Shown: positions 25,780 through 39,529, counted from the stretch's first letter. The stretch: 64,000 nucleotides of DNA from Negaprion brevirostris (GCA_030324005.1 JARDVH010000149.1:25229587-25293586); one strand, 5' to 3'. The notes: generated by a model from the letters alone, not told the origin. Translations and numbers: made by a program.

Positions 25780-27209
25780 TTGATTTAAATCGCTTTGTTA
25801 GGCTGTTCCCTGCCCAGTGCAGTTGTCCAGGAAGGTTAGCCCTTCTGGTCAATCGCTAGGTAAACCCTTACCTGGGCAATTCCAAGAGGGGAACCCCTCA
25901 AATCTGACGTTGGGGAGACAAGATGTAGCAAACCACAGTATACTCCATGATTGTATTTTTCAAACTCTTCTGTCTCAAGAGCTCCTCCAAATGCACACTC
26001 CCAGAGACTTTCACATTCTGACAGCATCACAAGGGTTCCTTGTTCTCATGGCTAGAAGAATGACCACTGTTCAGCTTGGGTAGCTAACAGTAAGTGGCAA
26101 AAGAAATTAGTTTTCCCCCCACTTTGTGCATAGCAACAGATCTATATGCAAGTGAGTTAATGCCGCAGAACTTGATTTCTGTGGACTTCTAGAAAGTCGC
26201 TGCTCCTGGCATTTTGAATGTCTGGGCCTCTGACAGAGTGAAACCTGTTGTGTTTGCAGCTGCCCAACTCTATCCCTTACAGACCCAAAGTTATACCTTA
26301 CACAATAGTTACAACTGCTAAGACATAGATAAAAATGCAGATGATGAAAACTCATGACCCAGGACGTGATGCATGAAATAGTGCAAACTAACTCTCCCTG
26401 CAAAACTATTTCTGACTTGCATTTTGTGTTTTTCATGTACTATTTAGGATGCAGAGAGAGGTTGTAGCGATTGCACCCAAGGCAATGTATGTTTTTAAAG
26501 ACATTGGACCAGTTTTGTTCTCAGTGGAATCCATTGAGTTTCAGGCTGGAGACAGGTTCACCTACTCATTATTAATGGAGCTTTTTCTTGTTGCCCATCA
26601 CAGATAGGTGAAATACCTTATCATGATGCTGCTCAGCTATGGATGAGTGAACATTGTATTGGAGGAGTTTGTCCTCAAAATTCCATAAGTCTATGTTAGT
26701 ATTAAGATTGTGAAGACTGGGTTCTGACAGCCGATTTTGATATTATATCTTAACAGCTCTTCTGAGCTTTTGCCGTAGTAATATAACATTAGTGACATTT
26801 CCCAGATTTAAGGGAGCATACGTTTTCTTGCTAGTCTCTTTGCTATCAAGTCAAAGTCTTGCTAACAGTTCCCACTCAGAAGTAAAAAAAACTCATTCTA
26901 GTCTTCATGTCATAGCAGGCGCTTTATAAAATGTGGCCATGGATTTATATTTGGGATGGGATAGTGGGGAGGATGTAGCCACCGTAGCTTCTTCCTCATG
27001 CAGTCCCTGACCTGGCAATATTTTGAGCAGCGGTTTAATATAAAATAGGAAATAATGTTCACCCCTATCTTTGCAAACAAATGTCTGTATCCCAAAAACC
27101 AGAAACCAAAGGAGGTATCAAATTGCCTATTGAACTGTTCTATAGGGTTTTTGCAATCTAATTACAGTACCTAATTCTGATGTGGATTAAGCTGGGATTT
27201 CTACGGAGC

Positions 27210-27690
27210 TATGAGCAGGAGACCCATTCTATAAGATCATGGTAGATCTGATTATAATCTCAACTAGACATTCACGCCTAACCCCGATAAGCTATCAGCC
27301 CCTTGCTAGGTCTATAGTATGATTTAAAATCCTGAGGATTGTTGATGGGATGAATGTGGAGAGGATGTTCCTTTTTGTCGGAGAGCCTAGAACTAGGGGT
27401 CACTGTTTGAAAATAAGGAGTCGCTCGTTTAAGACAGATGAGAAGAAATGCTTTCTCACAGAAGTTCGTGAGTCTCTGGAACTCTCTTTCTCAAAAAGCA
27501 GTGGAAGCAGAGTTTTTGAATATTTTTAAGCCAGAGCTAGATAGATTCTTGATTGACAAGGGGATGAAAGATTATCAGTAGGCAGGGATGTGGGGTTGAA
27601 GTTACAAGCAGATCAGGCATGATATTATTGAATGCTGGAGCAGGTTTGACGGGCTGAGTGGCCTACTCCTAATTTGTTTATTTGTATGAA
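27210..27690 (+). mobile_element. CR1 3' fragment (27320-27690) preceded by an inverted CR1 3' piece
   Basis: aggatgttcct…tagaactagggg…ctctggaactctct…gagctagatagattcttg…gggctgagtggcctactcct. Confidence 0.75.
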
Positions 27691-28199
27691 ACATCAAGAA
27701 TATTCTGTATCAGGAAGTAACTTGTTGAGCATTTGTGACTGACTATTTCAGGAGAGGCATCTGCTTGACATCTGGTCAGGTATTGCACCACTGTGGAAAA
27801 GCTGTGCCAGATTAGACTGTCGTTTTTGGTCACAGATACTCTTACTGCTCACTTCTTCAGCAACTGAAACCTGAGAGTGACTGCATACTTTGTGGCAAAG
27901 TGGTGTCATTGGTGATTATTTCTTATGTCCAAAGTGGAACGAACACTTTAAAATGTAATAGATTCAATTAGTGCAAGTAGGGACAAGCACTTAAGAATAT
28001 GAATATTGGCATCTGTTCATCTGGGCAGCATATGCTGCTGCTTTTTATGAGCAGAAACATATGATCAGAATTTTATAATAAAGGGCAGCAACTTCATCGT
28101 AATAACGTGAAATTTCATTTCATTTCATTTCATTGCAAGAGATAAGGTTATTGAAATTTCTCAGGAGAAAGTGGTTTCACTGCATGTGAATGCACCAAA

Positions 28200-29115
28200 A
28201 CAGTCATCAGCTGTCCCTCGATTAGAGGAAGATATTTACTCAAGGTCTGCCCCACTTCAAAGAAAGCTTCAGAATGTCTTTGAAGCATTCATTTCAGCCA
28301 TTCTGACACAGTGTCTAATCCATCAAAGTTGATTTTGCAGGAAGGGGTCATTCCTGAATGCTTGTGGAGCTGGCTTCAAGAAGAATCCTAGTATTTATCG
28401 GACAGTGCTCCCATTGAATCCAGGGGACGAGGTGGAGGCATTGCTCATGGAATTTCTCAGGTGCTGTTATGTGTCGCTGATATATCGTCCAGGTCTCGCT
28501 GCACTACAGGAGTGTGGTGATGGCAACTGCTCTGTACATTAGGACTTGCTGACCTTTTGGAGCGTTGTTAAACGCTCACAGCCATAGTTTGTATTAGGCT
28601 GAGCTGGAGCAACCAACCCAGTGTTAAATCCCCTCATTAATGGTAGCCAAGCAATGGAAAATGCTCAATACATTCCAGAGTCTCTCCTTCAGCATACATG
28701 GGAGGTGGAATGTTTAGCTAACCAGATTTGGGTTGCCTGGAGCCTTGAAGTGAGCATAAGAGCTCCAGCTTTGCAAGCTTTGTTCATCCATTGATTGTTG
28801 TTGCAGCTCTCCCACTGATGTGGTTCACCCATGTATTCTACCATGGGGTACAGGGGATATAGCCTTGACAGTATCAGCTATCGCTGTGGATTTATAGTTG
28901 AGTTTTTGAAAGTATTCTTTCCAGTGTTGACAATAACATTGACAGCCTGAAGAGAAACACCATCCTGTGAGCAAAATGGATTTTGTCCATTTGAACTTGG
29001 CCGATAGATGACCCTGCTAGCTTCTAAAAGATTTTGCGTATCATGATGCTCGGCACTCGGTGGATTGCTGAATGCACCAGCAGCAGGATTCAATCTTGTA
29101 TTATCACTCATGATG
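28200..29115 (-). mobile_element. RTE-clade LINE 3' fragment (decayed RT)
   Basis: Minus strand reads MYRAVAITTLL*CSETWTIYQRHITAPEKFHEQCL, matching the RTE motif VYRAVV..TLLYGSETW…LE.FHQRCL. RTE-like 3' end near 28210. Confidence 0.75.
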
Positions 29116-29724
29116 ATATACTATCACCACAAGTGTGTTTTACATGTATGATGTTATAGTTAGTATGAAAATTAGCCATTCAGAAAGACATTTATCTTTT
29201 TCCTATACAAACCTCTTCCCTTCATCACGGGCAACATGTCTTCCTTTGGAAATATCAGACACAACCAAGGTTCTGCAAACCTGTGATGCACTATCACTAT
29301 CCGTCATACTTTTTCATAGAAATTACAACACAGAAACAGGCTCTTTAGCCTCACCATTCTGCGTTGACATTTGCATCCACAAGCAGATTATTGCCACCTT
29401 TTCCCATAACCTTTTAATTCTTTNNNNNNNNNNNNNNNNNNNNNNNNNNNNNNNNNNNNNNNNNNNNNNNNNNNNNNNNNNNNNNNNNNNNNNNNNNNNN
29501 NNNNNNNNNNNNNNNNNNNNNNNNNNNNNNNNNNNNNNNNNNNNNNNNNNNNNNNNNNNNNNNNNNNNNNNNNNNNNNNNNNNNNNNNNNNNNNNNNNNN
29601 NNNNNNNNNNNNNNNNNNNNNNNNNNNNNNNNNNNNNNNNNNNNNNNNNNNNNNNNNNNNNNNNNNNNNNNNNNNNNNNNNNNNNNNNNNNNNNNNNNNN
29701 NNNNNNNNNNNNNNNNNNNNNNNN

Positions 29725-29802
29725 CAGTGCTCCGAAAGCTAGTGGCTTATGCTACCAAATAAACGTGTTGGACTTTAACCTGGTGTTGTGAGACTTCTTA
29801 CA
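29725..29802 (+). mobile_element. Penelope pseudo-LTR 3' end with intact GAAA half of the hammerhead (5' half in gap)
   Basis: cagtgctccGAAAgctagtgg…aataaacgtgttggactttaacctggtgttgtgagacttctta, same family as 61940-62030. Confidence 0.8.
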
Positions 29803-30692
29803 CATCTTGACTGAGGTACAGTGTGAAGCAGGCAACAACATTGGATCTCAGCATTAGCATCAAGTAAATGGAGCTCAAAGAGCTATAATGTGCCACAATT
29901 AAGTGCCTCAGCTCCATCCTAAGGAAAACACCACCAACCACCCTCCACCCTCCGGCCAATGTGATAATCATCTACCATGTCCTACACCGGCTAGTTTGAG
30001 TCCACCAGCTATTTTAGTGCAAATTGGTGACAGTATTATGCTGCAGGCCCAGTCATTTGGATCAAGACTGTTGGAATTATTTCATGTCAGAACCTTTCAG
30101 ACAGCGAAGAATTTCTCCCATTCCGTCTGGGCTGGATTTGAACCCAGAATCCAGAGGTCAAAGGATCCGTGTCTAATTCACTGCACTTCCAGTTTCCCCG
30201 ACACTTGTTTTGACTTGCACATTAACAGTGTTGAATTCCTGTGTAAGAAATTTGATGCTGATTACTGTGGCATCGCACCTCATTTATACTGAATGAATGT
30301 GTATGATAAGGCTTAAATCCAGCCTCAATAAACGAAAACATGAAGGTCAATCAACCCGCCCAAGACTTCTGCTCTTGGTAATGAGCATATATATAACATC
30401 AAGCCTCATGGAAGTAATTTTATGTCTTTCCCCTTCTATTAGTTTAATTGGTTTACACTAATGCTAATTGATAATTACAGCAACAATTTAAATTAGTCCA
30501 GTGCTGGTAAAGTAACGTATGGAATACGTATCAGCAGACCTGAAGGGTGAAAAAGTAGGCAGACAACTGAGTGGCTGACTGAAAATCCATAACTTGTTTA
30601 TTTAATTTGGGAAAATGTCATCAGCTAATAGCAGCTCGATGAAACTTTTTAATAATTACAATTTAATGCAATTAATGCAATGAGAAAATCAA

Positions 30693-30736
30693 TGTTCTTC
30701 ACAGAGGAACCCTTCAAGGTTCCTCTGTGAAGAACA
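30693..30736. repeat. Perfect 19-bp inverted repeat with 6-nt loop
   Basis: tgttcttcacagaggaacc-cttcaa-ggttcctctgtgaagaaca. Confidence 0.95.
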
Positions 30737-33700
30737 GTGCCTCTTTCACTCATACTGCATTCAGATGGGGGCAGGAGCATGCATGCTTGGCACAATCTTG
30801 CAATCTTTTAGACTGTAGTATTTCATTTATCTGCTGATCTGAATACAGGCAAAATTACTGCTTAATTTAGCCCCTTCCTGCTGCTTATCTCTCAAATTCG
30901 TTCGTTGTCCTGGGTAAATCGTTGTGTTGGATTTTACTCACATCAAGATGGAAAGATCTCGTACTCCCTAAACACAGCGAAGTAAGAGCTAATTCAAAAT
31001 GTATGGGATGGAGCAACCAAAAGGCCCACGGGGATTATTCATGCATCTCCCTGGACAAACACTAGAAGTCTCTCAACACCAAGTTATCAACACCGTGCAT
31101 CTTCCTGTACATGTAGAGATACACAGATGTTTTAAGGAAAAAATAAATAAATCCATTATTTCTGCAAAGCTTTCTCCCCATCTGCCAAGATCTTTGAAAT
31201 GGTGCTGTTGCTGTGGATATTAAAATGAATTGCCATCAGTAGCCACTGTAATCCAAACATTTTAACTTCTCAGATCCAGAGGTGATGAGAGAACAGACGT
31301 ATCATGGAGTTGGCTTTTTGTAGAGGGAAAGCACGTATACATCGTGCAGCATTGTATGCTCAGATCTACTGAATGGGAGAAGGACCTAGGGATTACTATG
31401 ATTCATGAATCCATCACCAGTGCTGTGAGGTTGTAGCAAAAATAAAATATGGCAGTAATACATGTAGCCAAGTCAATGAAATACAAAATGAGAAATATTG
31501 TGGAGAAACTGCTTCATGTTGTGCTGTTTCCAGTGCTGCTATTCCACAGGGAGAAGTGGTGTTGTGGGCTGTTAGCTGTGTGGCGTTCTTCATTGCTAGA
31601 AGTGGCACTGAGTGAACAAATTTCTTCTCCGTCATCCTTTACCTGTATGAAGTGTCGTCAGGTCACATCTAGCACACTCTATTCAGTTGCTGTCTCTTCA
31701 CATTGTAGATGAGAACCTTGTGAGAAAAATCTTCAATAGAGGGCAAGACAGTAGATTGAACACATTTCAAGGGGCCTCCATTGTGTGGAAAGGCTAAGAG
31801 AAATAGGGCTCTTTAACTTAAAGGCAACGACTTGTGTAAATTTGATTATGATCCAAAGAGTAGTAAAAAGATTACAGTTTTTCCACATGGAAAGGTTATA
31901 CACACTAGAAAGCGTAGGGAGAATCAGGAGATGTAAGGAGAAATGATAAAAGCAAAGAACTATGCCATGGCTCGGAAATATTTGTTTTCACAGAGTATCA
32001 ACCTGTTGAATAAGTTGGCAACAAATTAAGTTGCCAACAAGTGTAATGAGAGCAGAATTTCTGCAAACTTCTAAAAAGGGAGTTGGACAAGGTCTGAGGC
32101 TGGCTGGCCTATCAACATGACCTAAGAGGGGTCATTGGGTAGTGGCCATGGTCTCCTGGAGCTTGTTTGATCAGACAGTATTTTCCCAAAGCTGTTTTTC
32201 CCCATTTGCCATAGGTTTTTTTTTCATCTTCTATTACCTCTCCCAGGAGATTGTGTGGCACCATGCATGTCTGTGTGTGTGGGTGAACAGGGGAATGGGC
32301 GCGTGGGGAAGGGATGCAATAGGACGATGATGAGCAGAAATCATACTATGCCAGCATGTTCCTGCCAATTCATGACCATATTACTGGGCACAGTCCAAAA
32401 TACAACAAGTTAGTGCAGCATTAATGACAGGGTCTTTACTTGTCTGGATGACACATTGAGATAGAAAATTTAACGTTTGAAGAATCACAGACGCTGGTTT
32501 TTCTTGGAGAAGATAAGCATTCTTGTCAGAAGTTTAGTTTGCTGTAAATGCGTTCTTGAAATACACAAAAATATTGCCCAATGAAAATAACCCTTCTGTA
32601 ATTTCTTCCCCCTCACCATAACACGGAGTTCTGTGGTCCAGATGTGGTCATGCTATCAGCACCATGGATAACAAACAAAAGAAAACAAGCCAAATGTTAA
32701 GCTGGTCTTACTTAGGATGTTTATATATTTTTGGCCTTGATTTACTGTTGTGCTGGTCTTTAGCCAGTATGAAAAATGACTATTTTTCAGACAGAGTTCT
32801 CAACTCCCAAAGTGAGCACTGGAGATCAAGGAAGCAAATTAAGTTTGCCAGAAATCAAACATGAAACAAGCTGTAGGGGATTCTAAATAGCAGTAAAGTG
32901 AAAAAAAGTCAAAATACAAAAAAGGAAAACAAGATCAAGAGGGAAGAGTGATTAAAAACTAATGTTTAAACAATTTTATAATAAAATGTTATTGGTTTAT
33001 TTTAGTGTTATAATTCAATGATAAAATGGATATCAGATTAGTTTTTGAGATGATGTTTATTTCAGTGTCACAGCTGTTGGCCCAGAGAAAATGAAATTCC
33101 ATTGATTTGCAACCAGTCTATCTCGAAATATTATGCAGAACACTTCTCAGATCAGAAATTCAGACATACTGCATTAATCTTAATTAACTAGAAAATTTGA
33201 AGTCCCTCAAATTTAATGACAGTATATCTCAAGATAAAATAGAACAGATTGATGTTTAGTCCAATACTCATTGTACTCTGGAAGTATAAAAATAACGACC
33301 AAAATGTGCCGACGGAGATTGCAGTGGTAAACACGTTTTCACTTTCACATGGTAAAAGGTCAAAATTTAAAGAAGGAAAATGCGTGGCAAATATTAAAGT
33401 CTATCCGGATTGTGGTGCAAACATTTTAAATGTACTTTAAAATTTTCCACTAACATTGCATACATGAGTTGGAGTGCTACAGTACAGAACGTGTGCACAC
33501 AATGGATATTGTTACAATCTCCTTAGAGACTAATTACTTTCAAAAGAAAGGGACCATGACAAAACCAATGGAAAGAATACCGATGGTCAAGATTTCACTT
33601 TTTAAACTTTTACTGCAACAAATTAACTAAAATCAACATCATTTAAGCATGAATTAACAAGTGAAGCTTATATATTATAGCAAGATAAATTTCACTTTCA

Positions 33701-34112
33701 ATCATCACTACAACAGAAATATGCCTCGCATAGTTACAAACAGTTGCATTACTACCTACATGAACGTAGGTCCATGTGCAATCTCAGCCTTTCAAACTTA
33801 ACCTCCACATTCACCAATGTGTTTCGCCCAAAATCCCCAGACATGGTTAACATTGATAAAGCACACGTCTATGGACCTTCTGTCATTCAAGTCACAACAA
33901 TCCTGATGGCACAGGATCCCTTCCCTTCTTTAACCCCTCTAAACAGTCCGTTGTGCCCTGGCAACACTGGCATAGCAGCAATGGGTTTTGTCCAACCCAC
34001 AATCCCTCTCTTTCTGTCATCAGTGTTCTGTTCTTTTCAACTGTAGAATACACACAGTAACACAGGCACTGCTTTTTTTCTCAGAACCCTGCCTCAAAAC
34101 CGGGATGTGTTG

Positions 34113-34350
34113 TGTGATAACCCCTATAATGTCCACGGGGAATCAGTGATTGATTTCCCTGTGGGACTGTTGAGTATGAGTTCCCCTGGTAACAGGCAGC
34201 AGCTTGTCCAACTGGAACTCTTTACCTCAGCCTTTTATAAGGCGCTTTGGACCTAGGCAGTGACTAGTGTGCATTCACCACAGTAGTGGTTTACTTTGCA
34301 CTCTGTAATAAACTATGTCCCTTTCCAGTTGGGATTCTTGTGTCATTACA
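34113..34350 (+). mobile_element. Solo LTR (238 bp)
   Basis: Starts TGTGATAA and ends TCATTACA, with internal TATAA and AATAAA. Flanked by gttg/gttt (imperfect 4-bp TSD). Confidence 0.55.
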
Positions 34351-35659
34351 GTTTGTAAAATGTCTAATGTAAGACTGCTCAATTTAGAGAGAACCTTGCT
34401 TGTTTTCTATTTATATTCATCCTCGGCGTGTTCTGAACTGTCAAATGAAAACAATCTGGCTGACACAATGGGACTTCAATTAACTTTCTATTTACCCTTT
34501 GTTTCTTGGCTGTTCATCCCCATGACAACACAGGTCACACAGATATTTTTTGGAACCTAATGATATCATAATCAGGAAACCAATTAACCCTCCTTCAGAA
34601 TACTCTGTAGCCCACTTTGATCTTAAAGTGACATTACACAAGAATAAAATGCATGTTTGCCAAAGCACATGGGTCATCACAGCATATGTAGAGGAATGCA
34701 CATACATTCACATTGACAAATTAGCTGGATTTAAAACAGCCACCAGAAAAATAGCAGTGCAGCCAGTTATGCAGATACCACAAGATTTCCAAATGTTGTT
34801 ATTTAAAATAAATGTACAGTAAATGTAATCAGGTTTGATTTAATAATGTTGTAATACTTTAAATCATGAGAGTTTGATAATCAAACTCTTCACTCCTAAG
34901 TGCAGCAAAATTGGACCAAGCTTATTTATTTATTTCCTTAGGCACAAATTACCTTTAAGAAGCCTGCTGTGTTCCAGATACCTTAATATACAATTTTCCT
35001 TCGTCTCAACATCCATCCAAATGCCTGGATTGCTAATCTAAGATCAAAGCAGCCAGCAAGGACCGGAGAATATCAGATCTCTAGTATACTATTCAGGAAG
35101 AAACTTTAAATTAAAGAACATGTGTTATACATTTTGCATTTCCTCCATAATTCACATAAGTGAATTGCGCACAGTAGCGGTTTGTACTACCACTCTAGCA
35201 TGTACCACAACCTCTAATGCAAAAATTATTGACAGCTTCCATGTTCATAAACAAGCTGCATATATTGTAGAAAAAGAATGGGAATTCACAATAATACTGC
35301 CTTTGTTGAATCTGATTTCTTTGTGGTTGCTTCTGCTATAAAGAGGCATTTGAGGTTGCAAAAAGTTGTGAAAGATGCATTTTTGAGGAAACAGTGTTCA
35401 CTCAGTAGACAGCTAAATAAATGGAAACTTTGAAAAGGAGAAAACAATTTTTTTTTTGCTTTCCTTCTTCGTACTGTTTGTTGAGTTTATGGGTAACGTC
35501 CAAAGGAGTGAACTGTGATTCTGTGTAGCTCTGTTTGCTGACACTGTTGCTCAGTTTTTACTACTGGTGACGGATACCAAAATTGCAAAGAGATGTTCTA
35601 CCTAAAACAGCTACACGCTCGTGTTCTACGAAGAATAGTATAACCACGTTGCCTTTCCA

Positions 35660-38217
35660 AAACACTGACAAGGACTTATAACGAACAGTGGTTTATTCAC
35701 TAGTTTAGTAGCTACTTCATGCTTCTCCACTGCCCTTGCTCACAGAGAGAACATCCATGCTGTCAACATGTTACCCTTTTTGTACGCACATCATCATGTG
35801 ACCACTTGGTCTACATCTTCCCCATTTAGTTGGGACAACCGGTGGGATGAGATATAGGAGTGTGTACATTTGGAAACAATGTACAGACCATTTTGTAACA
35901 TTAAACAGGCTAACAATACATATCAATTTACTTAGTGAGGCATAGATTAAACTGTTGCAGCTGGTGCACAGATCATTGCATCTTCACGCGGGCCCCCCCC
36001 CCCCCCCCCAANNNNNNNNNNNNNNNNNNNNNNNNNNNNNNNNNNNNNNNNNNNNNNNNNNNNNNNNNNNNNNNNNNNNNNNNNNNNNNNNNNNNNNNNN
36101 NNNNNNNNNNNNNNNNNNNNNNNNNNNNNNNNNNNNNNNNNNNNNNNNNNNNNNNNNNNNNNNNNNNNNNNNNNNNNNNNNNNNNNNNNNNNNNNNNNNN
36201 NNNNNNNNNNNNNNNNNNNNNNNNNNNNNNNNNNNNNNNNNNNNNNNNNNNNNNNNNNNNNNNNNNNNNNNNNNNNNNNNNNNNNNNNNNNNNNNNNNNN
36301 NNNNNNNNNNNNNNNNNNNNNNNNNNNNNNNNNNNNNNNNNNNNNNNNNNNNNNNNNNNNNNNNNNNNNNNNNNNNNNNNNNNNNNNNNNNNNNNNNNNN
36401 NNNNNNNNNNNNNNNNNNNNNNNGGAGACGGGTCCCAGAAGGGTAGGAGGTTTTAGTTTAGTCGGGCAGCATAGTCAGTGGTGGCTTGGAGGGCCGAAAA
36501 GCCTGTTCCTGTGCTGTAATTTTTTTTTGTTCCTTTTGAACTTATGTTTGGTTTGCCCAGGCACCCTGAGTGTGTGATTATGCCAGTTGGTAGTATCTTT
36601 CTCAGGCTGGTGTTCAGTGTGGTTGGCCAGAATGTTCCACCAGCATGTTCGGTGGGTTCAGAGCTCACTGCGTTGGCCTCTGGAGGAGTCTGCATGTCCA
36701 CTGGTGTAGGGGGCCTCTGCCACAGGCTGGATGACTGAAGTGCTGCATCATCTGTTGGTTCTGATTGATTCCTGTAAGAGGTGATAATGGTTGCCCACAT
36801 TGTGGGTATCTGAGGCTACCACTTGATTGTTCAGTTGTGAGGCATGGTTGTATATCATGCCAACTTGTCATGGCCAAGTGAGATCTGAGCCCTGATGATT
36901 TAATCTTGTGTTAGATGGCTAAGTCTGTGGGCGTTTCAATTGCATTGTGCTTCCTTTCTCAATCAGCATTTCATGAGAGATCATTCGCATTGGTTTCAAG
37001 TTTAGGCTGCAGCTGAGCCTTAGTGAGAAGAATCGTGGTCCTGGTGCATCTGGAAAATAGTCGCCATGCTCGTGAGGGCAAGCCCTGTCATGGTAAATTT
37101 TGTAGGCTGAGGAGTGCAGCATAGTCTCCATGATGCCTTGCACATTTCTCTGGAGGATGCNNNNNNNNNNTGTGTGCAAAGTTCCTAAGTTCCATGGAGA
37201 CACATTGGCAAGCATTGTCTGTCATAAGCCTTTGTGGGATGCCAAGTGTCACTCTCCCAGTAGAGTGTTGTTGAGGTTCTGCAGCTTCGCTCCTTTGGCT
37301 GAGCTCCAGTTTATTCACCTTGCCAATGCTCCTGTCAATGAAGGACTGAACAGCAGCCATGCTGCTGATGGCAGAAGAGGGCTGCGATGGTTTCCACCTG
37401 TGGCATTTAGGGAAGTAATTCCATTTTCTACATTTTTTTTGCATTTTTTATGTGCTGTTCTGAGGGTGCTGGCCACTGCAATTGGAGTGGGATGCCTGTA
37501 TCATGAATACTTCTGTTTCCCACTTAAAATCACTGCATTTTTCTGATTATTCATTTAATACACAGATACTAACAGCAGTTAAATCTTTCTCTCACAGCAG
37601 CTGCTCGCATACTAAATCGCTATGAAGTCCACAAATTATTCGATCCCTGATTATTTCAACAGTGATTGTCCCAAACTCTCATTTCTTTGCCAGTATTTTC
37701 AAGGTGAATGTTTAAGATTGCATTGACTCATCTGCTGTTTGGCTTGTTGAATTGAATACATGTCTGTCAACAATTATATTTGTTTACCTGAAGACAAATA
37801 TTCTCGAACTCTTTTAGAATTATTTCGGGGTCCTTTTTTCCCTCCTTCAGCTGGAAAACAAAGGACTTGAATTTCTCAATGGCTTTGGGACCCACTATGT
37901 TTAGCAAGGTATAATAAGCCTGTACCTGTTTCGACTTGTCAGACAATGCAGTATATACACCATTCCTTTTCCCAGCTGTATTCAATATTTCAACAAAGAT
38001 GAGGGGGTCGATGCGGCAAAGTCCTGGCGCCACTTTGCCAAACTCCTGACACCACAAATACTGACAGTAAGGGCTTATAAGAACAATCGCTTACTCATGA
38101 GCTTAGCAGCTACTTCATGCTTATACGCTGCCTGTGCTCCTGGGGAAAGTCCAGTGCTGCAGACTGTGGTCCCTTTTTTTTTCATAGCCGCATCATCACA
38201 TGACCACTTGGTCTACA
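35660..38217 (-). mobile_element. Internally deleted Gypsy element with two diverged ~155-bp LTRs, PBS, gag remnant, integrase remnant and PPT
   Basis: Direct repeats at ~35660-35815 and ~38056-38217 (…agctacttcatgctt…gaccacttggtctaca), starting TGTAGACC on the minus strand. PBS TGGTGTCAGGAG at 38043-38054. Gag-like LLNIVGPKAIEKFKSF…LKEFENIC (37767-38057). Integrase-like GIPQRLMTDN…ALLSLQNLP (37088-37300). Purine tract AAATGGGAAGA precedes the 3' LTR. No RT visible. Confidence 0.8.
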
Positions 38218-39330
38218 AATAAGTTTTTAAAAAAGGAAATTTTTACCACAGTCCAAATCACCTAAGCAGTCAGTGTAAAATTGAAATCTAAAAAGATTCA
38301 AGCAAAATATATAAAATTTAATGAGATTTCTAAAATTCATGATTCCTACCTAGTTCTTGTAGCCAGGTTTATGACATGGTCCAATTCAGTACCATAAGTA
38401 CACTTTGAGGAATAAACAAAGGTTTATGNNNNNNNNNNNNNNNNNNNNNNNNNNNNNNNNNNNNNNNNNNNNNNNNNNNNNNNNNNNNNNNNNNNNNNNN
38501 NNNNNNNNNNNNNNNNNNNNNNNNNNNNAGGTTTATGAATATTCAAATCATTGGAGTATTCAACAATTGTGTGATTTTGACATATTTAGTGTTATTGTGA
38601 ATGTTTTATTTCTGTTTTTAGCACCATTGGCTTTTGCCACCACGTGATGGAAGACAAATGGGGCAATGTCCATGTACCTTTATTGTTGCATTTGTTTCGA
38701 TGGTCTGTTACATGGCAAGTACAAAAGGATATAATTGAAATCACTTCACAGGGAAGTGAGATGAAAATAACCATACTTATATTCCTGCATGAAAATACTA
38801 ATGTAACCTACAAGTTAAATGGCTTATGAACAGTGCGACCAGCCAGCAGTGCATTCCAGTAGAGTTTGTCATACACACAGATTCGCAGAATAATGCAAAA
38901 ATGAAATGAGTGTCTGAATGTGACATTTTAATTTAGGGAAAGAATTATGCACAGCGAAACCTGACTATCAGAATCTTCTGCTTGAATAATAACTGCAAAC
39001 ATGAAGTTCATCCTGCACCAGATCAGTGGGGAAGCTGTTTCCATGGAAACAAATGTGCTTTGTTGCAAATCTTTCTGAGATTGAACATAATGCTCTTTAT
39101 TAAAATGGACGCCTTGGGAAGGGGTTTTACCAACTTATTTATTTGTTTAGCAGCATGCAATACAAATCAGCTGATAGGTGCTGCACTTCTTTAGCAACCA
39201 TTGTAAGATTCTTTACATACAAAATAAAATNNNNNNNNNNNNNNNNNNNNNNNNNNNNNNNNNNNNNNNNNNNNNNNNNNNNNNNNNNNNNNNNNNNNNN
39301 NNNNNNNNNNNNNNNNNNNNNNNNNNNNNN

Positions 39331-39528
39331 CACGGTGGTTGGCACTGCTGCCTCACTGCGCCAGGCACCCAGGTTTGATTCCCGCCTCGGGTCACGTTCT
39401 TCCCCTGTCAGCGTGGGTTTCTGCGGGTGCTCTGGTTTCCTCTCGGAGTCCAAAAGAAGTGCTGGTTAGGTGCATTTGCTGTGCTAAATTCTCCCTCAAT
39501 GCACTCGAAGAGGTGCCGGAGTGTAACT
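39331..39528 (+). mobile_element. HE1-type SINE 5' portion
   Basis: cacggtggttggcactgctgcctcac…gcgtgggtttctgcgggtgctctggtttcctc. Confidence 0.8.
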
Positions 39529-39529
39529 T

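Noticed and set aside
31500-31650. Minus-strand ORF VKDDGEEICSLSATSSNEERH…* after a CAG, as a possible terminal exon
   Set aside because: Weak acceptor, no recognisable homology and no partner exons.
38622-38829. Good-looking + strand acceptor (tttctgtttttag) followed by an open frame
   Set aside because: Translation is unrecognisable, there is no clear donor and it does not fit a laminin-EGF protein.
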